From Harriotta raleighana (Eukaryota), in the NCBI GenBank assembly GCA_050575255.1, contig JBNZDD010013686.1, positions 62,001-126,000 of the forward strand: a DNA stretch of 64,000 bases. The letters are read 5' to 3'. This document shows, piece by piece, positions 27,475 through 37,674 of this stretch. Each line of letters opens with the position of its first letter. Positions within the stretch are counted from its first letter, which is position 1. Under the pieces are notes generated by a model that saw nothing but the letters and a program-made list of their open reading frames with translations, was not told the DNA's origin and ran no database searches. Made by a program: the position numbers and the translations under genes.

Positions 27475-27720
27475 TGCTTATTTCCCGACCCACTGCCTGC
27501 TGCCTCCATTTGACTGGCTCCAGCCTCCTGCATGTCCCTCGTGCCCTGCATTTTACCATCAGTGGCCATGCACCATGAAACCCTGGAACATTTCCTCTAT
27601 CCCTATGCCTTGCCCCTTCCTTTCCCCATCTTTAGATTGCGCCTGAGAGCCTTCCACTTCGACCCTGCCTACGACCACCTCCCTCCGCCCAGAGTTGTGC
27701 TATACAAAATATGTTGTTGT
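27475..27720 (+). mobile_element. L2-clade LINE 3' fragment, degenerate
   Basis: Aligns by eye with 21995-22310 and 58112-58555; tail ctatacaaaatatgttgttgt. Confidence 0.65.
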
Positions 27721-28099
27721 TCTCTGGAGGCATGGTGTGCTTGAAACTGGTGTGTTAGGAGTTAGTGTGGGTAAGGCTGAGTGTATGGGTGTCAGGGGTT
27801 AGCACTCTGAGACGCCGTCCGGCGTGGAGGGCGCTATATATATCGAAGTTGTTGTTGTTGTAGTGTGTCTGTATGTATGTGTGCGTATCAGGTTGTGTGT
27901 GTGGTTGTGAGAGGGGTTATTGTGGGCGAGGATGTGTATGTGAGAAGTTACTGTGAGTGAGGCTGTGTGTGTGAGGGGTTAGTGTGGGAGAGACTGTGTT
28001 TGTGTGTCAGAGGTCAAGTGTGAAGCACTCTGAAATGCTATCCGCGTAGAGGGCGCTGTATAAATCAAAGTTGTTGTTGTTTGTCAAGTATGTGTGTCG

Positions 28100-28910
28100 G
28101 GGGTTAGTGTGTGTCTATGTATGAGGGTGTGTGTCAGGGGTTAGTGTGTTTGAGGGTGTGTGTGTGTCAGGGGTTAGTGCATATGAGGGTATGTGTGTGT
28201 CAGAGGTTAGTGTGTATGAGGGTGTGTGTGTGTGTATGTGTCAGGGGTTAGTATGTTTGAGGATGTGTGTCAAGGTTAGTGTATATGAGGGTGTCTGTCA
28301 GGGGTTAGTGTTTGAGGGTGTGTATATCAGGGGTTAGTGTGTTTGAGGGTGTGTATGTCAGGGGTTAGTGTGTTTGAGGGTGTGTATATCAGGGGTTAGT
28401 GTGTTTGAGGGTGTGTATATCAGGGGTTAGTGTGTTTGAGGGTGTGTATGTCAGGGGTTAGTGTGTTTGAGGGTGTGTATATCAGGGGTTAGTGTGTTTG
28501 AGGGTGTGTATATCAGGGGTTAGTGTGTTTGAGGGTGTGTATGTCAGGGGTTAGTGTGTTTGAGGGTGTGTATATCAGGGGTTAGTGTGTTTGAGGGTGT
28601 GTATATCAGGGGTTAGTGTGTTTGAGGGTGTGTATGTCAGGGGTTAGTGTGTTTGAGGGTGTGTATATCAGGGGTTAGTGTGTTTGAGGGTGTGTATATC
28701 AGGGGTTAGTGTGTTTGAGGGTGTGTATATCAGGGGTTAGTGTGTTTGAGGGTGTGTATATCAGGGGTTAGTGTGTTTGAGGGTGTGTATATCAGGGGTT
28801 AGTGTGTTTGAGGGTGTGTATGTCAGGGGTTAGTGTGTTTGAGGGTGTGTGTGTGTGGGAGGTAGTGTGTATGAGGGTGTGTATGTGTGTATGTGTCAGG
28901 GGTTAGTGTG
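28100..28910 (+). repeat. 31-bp minisatellite TCAGGGGTTAGTGTGTTTGAGGGTGTGTAT(A/G)
   Basis: 17 regular unit starts at 31-bp spacing from 28327 to 28823; degenerate copies on both flanks. Confidence 0.97.
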
Positions 28911-28955
28911 ACATCACAGGAAGGTGTAGCAGCCGGAAGTGAATCAGCGGAAGTG
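28908..28955 (+). promoter_or_regulatory. CHMP1B core promoter: CRE-like TGACATCA plus tandem ETS/GABP sites
   Basis: CCGGAAGTG at 28933 and GCGGAAGTG at 28947, 40-60 nt before the ATG; typical of TATA-less housekeeping promoters. Confidence 0.6.
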
Positions 28956-28992
28956 CGTGTGTGAGTGTGAGGACAGGAGCTGATCCTGAGCC

Positions 28993-29008
28993 ATGTCCAG
29001 CCTGGAGA
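28993..29008 (+). CDS. CHMP1B: CHMP1B coding exon 1 (MSSLE + first base of K)
   Basis: gccATG Kozak-like start; donor A|GTATCCTG; phase 1 joins exon 2 to give MSSLEKHLFNLKF (human MSNMEKHLFNLKF). Confidence 0.88.
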
Positions 29009-30546
29009 GTATCCTGATACCGGGGGGGGGGGGGATCCTGACACCGAGCCCGAGGGGGGAGGTGGGGACCGTGAGGGTGGGGGAAGCACGGCCTCCAGCC
29101 GGTAAAACAGCCGACCCCTCATTGGTTGTTGTGTCTGTTTTATTCGGACAAAAGTTTTCACTTTTGTTTCTTGGCTGTTGTCTGTCTGGATGTGTGTGTA
29201 GGGGTGGGAGGGGGTTGTGTCTGGATGTGTGTGTGTAGGGGTGGAAAGGGGTTGTGTCTGGATGTGTGTAGGGTGTCTGTATAGGTGTGGGGGGGATTGT
29301 GTCTGGATGTGTGTGTAGGGATGTGTGTGTGTGTATCGGGGTGGGGGGGTTGTGTCTGTGGGTGGGGGGGTTGTGCTTGTGTATATGTGAGGAGGGAGGG
29401 CTGTCTGTGTGTGGGGTGATGTCTGCTTGTCTATCTGGGTGTGTGTATGTGTGTCTTGTGTTTTTTTTGTGTGTAGGAACCTTAGTGGATGTTTAACTAA
29501 CTTAGATTTTTGTCTCTGGCCGTGAGAGACAGATTGTGAGTCACATTTTATTATTCTTTATTATTCTCCGTCAGTGAATTTAAATCCCTGACTAACTGAC
29601 TAACTAACTGACTGCCCTATGATGGGGAAATTCTGTCCCCACACCTTGTTGTGATGTAAGGGAAGGAAGTGGAAGTCTCTGGTTTCAAACAGAAACATTC
29701 GTAGCGACTGTGACCCAGCCCTACTGTAGATGGATGATTAGTTAGTTGATTTGTTTGGTTGTTTGGTTAGTTGGTTAGTGCCTAGTCAAATGAAGCCACT
29801 TCAGCTTATCGGTAGTGGTCAAAATAATTCCAACCCGCTTTAGTTTCTGTGCTAAAAGTGAACAGTCCAGATCATTGTTCACCCAACTTATGTCACGAGT
29901 TGGGTGTGTTCTGGCTGAGAATGCCATTGTTCAGACTGGATTTTCCACTTAAAAACTTAAACCCCTGATTTATTCTGCTGTAGGAAAAACCTCTACCTGA
30001 TCCTAGGGTTTTGCTGATGTTGCTGTACACCCACTAAAAGCATCTGGAGTGATTTGATGTTTTATTTCTTGAATGGAATTAATACTTTATTTGAAATATC
30101 CATGCCATCTTGCAGATGAAATGGCAGGATGGAAATCTGAACAACTGAGCCAAACTGGCAATGTCATCAGAAGAGGTGAATATTTTCAGAGTGGGCGAGT
30201 GAGGGGAAGAGGAAAGTAGCAAACAGATTTCAAGAGTCTGGAAGTCAAAAGAATCATAAATGCATCCTGAATCAGGAAGTTGTTTGAACAACTTTAAACA
30301 GATTTTTTTCTAATCTCTTAGAGGCTATAAAATAGTTTAGCAGGTTTTGATAACAATTTTGTGATTACCTATTTTAAGCAATACATGCAAAATGAAATTA
30401 TTGTCCATTTAACAGGTTTCTGAAATGGCATTGTATATAGAGCTTATAGAAAGAAGTATGCCATCTCTTAAAACCATGAGTTTTTGTTGGCATTATACAC
30501 GATAACTGTGACCATTTGGAGAAGTATAACCTTAACAGCTTTCCAG
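29009..30546 (+). other. CHMP1B: U12-type (minor spliceosome) GT-AG intron, CHMP1B intron 1
   Basis: 5' site GTATCCTG; branch site CCTTAAC at 30530-30536, 10 nt before the exon; no real polypyrimidine tract. Confidence 0.85.
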
Positions 30547-30644
30547 AACATTTGTTCAACCTCAAGTTTGCTGCGAAGGAACTTTCCAGAAGTGCCAAGA
30601 AATGTGACAAAGAAGAAAAGGTGGAGAAGGCCAAAATTAAAAAG
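30547..30644 (+). CDS. CHMP1B: CHMP1B exon 2 (KHLFNLKFAAKELSRSAKKCDKEEKVEKAKIKK)
   Basis: Manual translation; flanked by ccag and gtatga; near-identical to the CHMP1B N-terminal helix. Confidence 0.96.
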
Positions 30645-31212
30645 GTATGAAATACAGTCATATAGGATAGTATTATACCTAACTTTAGATTGCTGGTGGA
30701 TCTGGAGAATTTGCAGGTTTCCTAGAATAGACGATTTTAAATTTTTGCTCTGATCCTGACACAAGTGACTTGTTATAAATTATTTAGATTTAAAAACTTG
30801 GTGGTTTGTGTGTGACCTTAAACAATCTACATACTATTTACACAGATTTGAGAACCAGTATAACTTATTGATCTAAAAATCTCCTCAATTTGACATTTTA
30901 ATATTAAATTAGCAATTTATGTAAAGGTGTATTCACAGTTTTCACACATATTGAAGATGACCCCCCCCGCTCCCCCCCCCTCCACTCTGATCCCCACTTG
31001 ACTGTATAGCGCCTTGGGACGTCCTCCCGACGTGAAAGGCGTTATATAAATGTAATTTTGATTGATTAATTGGTTGATGTTTAGAGAAGTAATTGAATTT
31101 ATCTGTTGATCCTAACTTAGGAAGTAGTTATGCAAAGGACTTAAGCAGTGTTATAAATGTAACAGTGAAAACAAAAGCATTAGAACATATACTAATATCA
31201 TCTATTTGAAGA

Positions 31213-31434
31213 TAAATAATAATCCTTGGATTTGATCTAGCACTTTTCACATCTTCTAAACATTTCAAAGCGCTTCACAGAATATACTGTAAAGAGAATT
31301 GACTGTATATTTGTTGGTGAAATACGGCAGCTAATTGCGCACAGCAGTGTCCCACAAACAGTTGTGGAGTGAAATAACCAAATTATTATTGTTTTATTTG
31401 AGAATTATTATTGGGCGAGTGAAGTAAGGAAACT
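31213..31434 (-). mobile_element. 5'-truncated tRNA-SINE in CHMP1B intron 2
   Basis: Same family; ends about 40 nt before the exon 3 acceptor. Confidence 0.82.
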
Positions 31435-31475
31435 TTGTACCCAATTTCTCAATTTTCCATTCTTTCTGTTTTCAG

Positions 31476-31622
31476 GCCATTCAGAAAGGCAATACGGAAG
31501 TCGCAAAAATTCACGCAGAAAATGCAATCCGACAAAAGAATCAATCAATTAACTTTCTACGAATGAGTGCCAGAGTGGATGCTGTTGCAGCACGTGTGCA
31601 GAGTGCAGTTACAATGGGCAAG
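31476..31622 (+). CDS. CHMP1B: CHMP1B exon 3 (AIQKGNTEVAKIHAENAIRQKNQSINFLRMSARVDAVAARVQSAVTMGK)
   Basis: Manual translation; tttcag acceptor, gttatg donor, phase 0/0; Snf7-domain sequence. Confidence 0.97.
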
Positions 31623-31907
31623 GTTATGTACCATTTTCCTAGGCTTAATATCTTCAGGAAACAGTGTCAGAAAACATCCCAAATTTGTAATGAGCTTGCA
31701 TTGCATTTGAAAGAATAGTCTTCCATTTTCAAGCTTTGAATCTGTCTTGTGTCAGTATTACCCGAGTCGTGCATAATTCATGTCCCTCACACTGTGCTTG
31801 TATAGCAAATGAGTTTATGGTGTAGTGCTGTGCAACCTGATTCATACAGCCACATGACCCCAGGAATAGCATGTGATGCTTGCTGTCATCTTGAAACTTC
31901 TCTTGAA

Positions 31908-32290
31908 TACAGTAAAACCCCCTTTATCCAGCATCCACGGGACCTGGCCAGTGCCAGTTAAACGGTTTTCTGGTTGAATGTTTTTTAAAAAAATGTAAAT
32001 AAAAAATTATTTTAACAAATACCTTATTAATAATAGACTAAATAATAACATTATTTATACTTAACTTCTCAATGGCAGCCCTCACCCGACGGAGGTAAAA
32101 AAAACGAGACTTTTAAAAGGAGCAGGAGTGAGTTTAGACCTGACCAGCGGCCAACCACGAGTTCCTGCACAAGTACTCGCAGGCGACAGCCGCTTCATTA
32201 AACGCGTCATCACTATTTGCCGGTTAACTTACGGTTCATCGAATTGGGACTTTTTTTTGAGATGATGGTTTTCCGGTTGATCGAGTCATA
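31908..32290. mobile_element. Tc1/pogo (Tigger-like) non-autonomous DNA transposon remnant in CHMP1B intron 3
   Basis: TA|CAGTAAAACCCCCTTTATCC terminus, CpG-rich interior, internally repeated ggttttc(t/c)ggttga; right end not resolved. Confidence 0.45.
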
Positions 32291-32599
32291 GTTTGTTCAT
32301 GATCCACAGTAGCACAAATGCATGCATGACTAATTTCCAGCACCCACTTAGTTTGCCACTGCCTCCTATATCATTCACCAACCCGCAATTCATATCACAA
32401 GTATTACTTTGATTACTGATTCTAATCTATCTCAATACATATACAATACAATACAAATTTAAATTCTAACAGACTGGTACAGAAACCATACATTGCAATT
32501 ATGCCCAAATGTTTCCTCTTGAGTACCAATAAAAACCCGGCAGGTTTTGTTGCTCTATATGACCAAAGAATCAATAAGTGACGTTTTTTTTTGTTGCAG

Positions 32600-32668
32600 G
32601 TAACAAAATCAATGGCAGGAGTTGTAAAATCTATGAGTATCACGCTGAAAAACATGAATCTGGAAAAG
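32600..32668 (+). CDS. CHMP1B: CHMP1B exon 4 (VTKSMAGVVKSMSITLKNMNLEK)
   Basis: Visible inside ORF 32591..32788; ttgcag acceptor, gtaatg donor. Confidence 0.97.
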
Positions 32669-33982
32669 GTAATGCAACTTAGATCTAAATCCTACACATG
32701 TCCACTACGGATGATTAGAAAGCTTCTCATTGAACAGACCACCAGAATTGTTACTTCAATGAAAATGGCCACCAGGCTTCACGTGTAAGCTGCACATATT
32801 GTTCTGTATTTGATTCTTGCCCTCTTGTATGCACTAATGAAATTCATTTAGTTGAAAATGACATTGCAATTATAGAGATAAGGTGGTTGAGGGTGTTGCA
32901 GATCAATTGATCTAGACAGCGTTGGGTCACTAAAAAAGCAGAACTACAAAATATTTTTTTTAATATAAATTATCTTCATGGCTCTCTGAACAACAACAAC
33001 AAAATTAGGTTTATAGAGCACCTTTCACGTCATAAGGCCATCCCAAGGCTCTCGGGAAAGTTTGGGTGATTGCTTTTCATTACTCAGCTAATGGAGACTA
33101 TTAAACATAATTCAATGATCCAGGTGATTCATTGGCATCCTCTAGAGAGGGCATGTAATGTTCCTGGGAGATAGGATGAGCATGAAGTTACTCACTCATC
33201 ACCTGTCTGTGAAAGGTACATAAAGTTTAAAAATTAAATATTTATCCCTTTGGGGTTGCTTCAGTCAACCATAAATCAGAACAAAGCTTTTGCTGCATTT
33301 GAAAAATGTACATCACTGCCAAGGTTCCAGGTGAATCTCCCCACTAGACCACTTCTCACACTGGTCACCCTCTCTTAAATTAGTTTACCAATTAATGCTG
33401 CATTCAAGGCAGTTTAGCTCAGTGAAAGCATATCCACTCGGAAATTAATTGAGACCGATACACACCCACTTCAATGAAAAGCACATTTTAAATTGTCTTT
33501 CACTAATTTAATCTCAAACAAATGAAATGTGGGCAAATAGCCTAAAGCTTCTGAAAGGTCATAATAGTTGCTTCAATTAAAGTGTCCGTTGGGTTTTATT
33601 TTCTGTGCAACGCAGCCTGTTCTGCATTTGAATGCTGCTATCTTGTATACACTAATGGAACTTTAAATTGAGTTAAATTAAGTCTTCACTGTGTAGGAAA
33701 GGTAACAATTGCAGATAAATGTATGCAAATGAAACTAGATAGGTTTTGGTCGTTGTGGACCTGTCATTAAAAAAAGGTTTTTTTAAAAACCTTTTAAAAA
33801 AGGTTAGAGAATTATAAGATGCATTCTTTCAGTGTCACACTTCATAGTAACCTGTACAATTCTGTTAAGAAATTAAGAATGTGCTTATCATTAGTAAGAT
33901 ATTGTGTTAGGATGAATACAGTTAATTGCTTCAGAGAATGTTTGGGCAGCTGTAATCCAATGATATAATTATTTTCTTGCAG

Positions 33983-34090
33983 ATATCTGCTCTAATGGAT
34001 ACTTTTGAACAACAGTTTGAGACATTAGATGTCCAGACGCAGCAAATGGAGGACACTATGAGTCACACTACAACACTAACTACACCTCAG
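33983..34090 (+). CDS. CHMP1B: CHMP1B exon 5 ([36 protein letters not shown])
   Basis: Manual translation; ttgcag acceptor, gtaaag donor. Confidence 0.97.
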
Positions 34091-34606
34091 GTAAAGGGAC
34101 AAGTGTATGTAACTGTTGTATTGACTGGTACCATTATATAAAATGGTCAGAGAATATCTGTGTCCATGGATGACCATTATATAATGACATTCAGAAAAAA
34201 AAAATCCTTGCATTTGATATAGCGTCTTATAAGAAATGAGCTATTTTAGCAGAGCATCCAGAGAATTATGTTTCAAATTGTATTATTGTTGTTGAATAGT
34301 TCACTTAAATCTTGATTAATAACTGCAGCAGCTCATTTACAGAATGCTAGCATGAGTTAACATTCAAACATGAAACACAGAAAGATACTTCTGTTTGTTC
34401 CAATCAACAATTAAGCTTAAACAATAGCCTCCAATCTTCTCTTGGCAAAAGCACCCAACTTTCTTGTAATACATATTTTCCTGTATCTAATGAACATTTA
34501 TCTGAAGGAAATTGTAGGTACATGTTGTAGACACATTTGCTTTTGGTTGTTTGAGATTACTGAATGAGAGCATTGCTTTTCAACTTAAATTTGTGTTTCT
34601 TTTCAG

Positions 34607-34650
34607 CAACAAGTGGATTCGCTGATGCATGAAATGGCTGATGAAGCTGG
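34607..34650 (+). CDS. CHMP1B: CHMP1B exon 6 (QQVDSLMHEMADEAG)
   Basis: tttcag acceptor, gttagt donor, ends in phase 2. Confidence 0.95.
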
Positions 34651-35704
34651 GTTAGTATGGATGTATATTTGCTTAAATTTAAAACTGAAGTAAAATTGAG
34701 AGTTATAAATTTATATTTTATCTGTTCACAGCAGGTCTTAAGTAGTGAACTTTAATTTCACATTTATTTATTTACTATATAAGTCTTAAGCCTCAACATT
34801 TTATGCTTTACTGCTGGCTGAGCTGGCAAACATGTCTCATAGATATCAGAAACAGCTGATGCCTGCTTTAACAAAATTGTAGAATTACAGCAAATTTATT
34901 ACCATTGACTCATGAAGAGATCAAATTTGTATTATGTATATTACTGAAATGTTCAGAAACATTTCTATAAAGTGGTCAGTTGTGACAAATGCATTTTTTA
35001 AATTGAGCATCTTAAAATTTGATTTAATATATTTATATCTGGCAAGCATTTCCTATAACTGAGTCTACAAACATGCTTTTTAAAAATATTGTTGACAAAA
35101 TTGTATGACTATATAGCGCTTTACTATAAGCAAGAGATTTTTTAACGTGCAAGTTTTTTTTCTTGCAGGATGAAAGTGGGTTTTTACAAAATACACAAAT
35201 TGCTAGCAACAAATTTAATTCTTCCACTGAAGAAACGCCCAGTAAAATAGGATCAATAATAATAATAATCTTTGCATTTTGATATAGCGCTTTTCACTTC
35301 TTTTAGACATTGAGAATAAATCACTCAGTATAAAATGTGCATTTTTAAAGTCCAACTTTTTGTTTAAAAAGCGCCACCTGCTGTATCAGTTACCAAATGA
35401 CATAACCTGTCATGTTATTTCTGACTCAACACTACTGAAACAAAATCCATGGAGAAACACTCCATCTGTGATCCCAATCTGATCCTATTCCGTTCATGTT
35501 GAAGCCATTGTAAACATTTATAACGTAGATCAGAAATTTCAGTTTGGATTTAAGTTGTTTTCTACCGTTCATTGATGTCACTCATCCGCAAATGAAGTTC
35601 TTCTGCAGAGACTAATGTCNCACTCATCCGCAAATGAACATTGATGTCACTCATCCGCAAATGAAGTTCTTCTGCAGAGACTAATGTCATATTTTTCTTG
35701 GCAG

Positions 35705-35777
35705 CCTTGATTTGAACTTGCAGCTTCCTGAAGGCCAGAGTGGGTCTATTAGTGCCAGTGTGACATCGCAAGAACAG
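35705..35777 (+). CDS. CHMP1B: CHMP1B exon 7 (LDLNLQLPEGQSGSISASVTSQEQ)
   Basis: ggcag acceptor, gtaagt donor; phase compatible with exon 6. Confidence 0.95.
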
Positions 35778-37238
35778 GTAAGTGCACATAAGGGTGGCAC
35801 GACTGTTTCGTTTCAAATCCACTAATTTAGAGAAATTGTTCCTTATGATTTCTTTAAATAATGTCTAGCCATAACATTTAGTCCGGCATTTCCAAAAAAG
35901 CGCAGAGTAATTGTTGAATCCTTACCATTTTACTCTATGTTCTGATTGCTTTTAAACATCTCCCCGATGACCATTGACTGAATTCAGATCTCAGTTCAGT
36001 TCCTTATGGCCCGTGTCAACTCTTTATTGAAGAGCCCACTTAGATAACACATGTCGTTATTGAAACAAATTGGAAGTGAGTTGATCTTCTGATGTTGAAG
36101 TATGTGGTTGATGCCAAATGGAGAGATTTATTTTACATCTGGTACATGCTGTATCTGATCTGGAACCATTTGATACGAACTGGTTTCAGAGTATACAGAA
36201 AAAACATCCCCTGGAAATATTCTCCCTAGCCTCCGCTTTTCATAGTCAAACCTCATGTTTGTTGCCTTTGTGAGGGTGAGGTATACATGTGAACCCTCTG
36301 TTGAGTGGCTTAATTGAGTTTGAAGTTATTAAATATCAAGCAATAAATATCAGGAAGTCTGGTCTCTGCAACATGAGTTGTGGTGCTAAAAATAACTAAC
36401 TGGCAAATAGATAAAATATCAAGGGACAACAAAGTGTAAGTGCTGGGAATGATGAACCTGTTTTTTTTAAAAAAAACTTGCTCCTATCCTCTACAGCATA
36501 TGCAAAACATGAGATGCTTGTGGAAAATAGATAAATGTTTTAACAGTACAGTACAGCAGCTTGCAGAATGTAGCTTTTGTGTCCAGTAAAGAACCACTAG
36601 GTGGTGTATCAGAGCGAGAAATGCAAAGTTGCTGCTCATATAGTATGGTGATCTTAGGACATGAACTTAATAGCTGAAAACATTGAAAAGAGCATCTAAG
36701 TAATAAGTGTAAAATGCATAGACAATAAAAAACACTTCCATTTGATATACCTAGGGTCAAAATGTCCACAATAGTAATGAGATGAATGATCAAATCTAAA
36801 CTTTTTGGGGGTCGTTTGGAAGATGGAGGAATCTTAGCCTAGACATTGTGAAGAGTCTTTGTTTTTTAAAACTGGATCATTAACGACTTGAGACATCCTC
36901 CAGATGTGAAAGGCCCTATACAAATATAATTTGTTGTTAATCTTGAAATCCCAGAACTAATGGATGACACCATGATTTGGCACATGGTCCAAAAGTGCAA
37001 CTCTCCCCAAGTTCTATTGTGGATTCTCAGCCAAAATATCAACTAAGCTCTTGGATGGGTTGAAATCAGAGGTCCAATTTAGTATGGTTGATGCAACCCT
37101 GATCTTAGTCTGATTCAGCCATCTGAACCTATTAAGGATTTAACTGTTGTTCCATACATTAATTGGAGGGATTTTATACTTTTAAGTGTGATTGTAGAAA
37201 TCAAAATTAATTGAATAATTATTCAATGTTTTGCACAG

Positions 37239-37286
37239 GATGAGCTTTCACAAAGACTTGCACGCCTCCGCGATCAGGTAGAATGA
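37239..37286 (+). CDS. CHMP1B: CHMP1B exon 8 coding part (DELSQRLARLRDQVE*), MIM1 motif
   Basis: gcacag acceptor; C-terminal VPS4/MIT-interacting motif DELSQRLARLR; TGA stop; total protein 200 aa. Confidence 0.95.
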   Translation, partial: DELSQRLARLRDQVE

Positions 37287-37668
37287 TGAAGAAAAGTTCT
37301 GCTTGGGAATTATCTAGTTTGCTATCCACGTTTCTTCATACAGACAAGGTTATCTCTTATACTATTGCATAGCATACTGAGATTTTATTTGCAATATAGT
37401 GGCTGGTATTTTCTCACCGTAAGTGTCAAAACTGTACAAATACATCTTTAGAGTGGATAATATTACACCTAAAATCACTCGCACAATACATAGCTTTTCT
37501 CACTATCTTTGTACAGTGCATTTTAAAGTATAAACTGTCAATTAAATTCTTTGGGAAAAAGTTCACGTGCACTTTTCTATCTTTAAAAAAAAGTTGTCTA
37601 TGATCGCTCCAGGGGCACGTTTCTCTTAAAAGTGTATTATAATTTTCCTATTAAAATTGTATCTATTA

Positions 37669-37674
37669 AATAAA
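37669..37674 (+). terminator. Candidate CHMP1B polyadenylation signal
   Basis: AATAAA overlapping an ATTAAA, about 380 nt after the stop codon. Confidence 0.5.

Noticed and set aside
28327-28853. CRISPR array or true telomeric repeat
   Set aside because: Units are contiguous with no unique spacers, the context is eukaryotic, and there are no (TTAGGG)n runs
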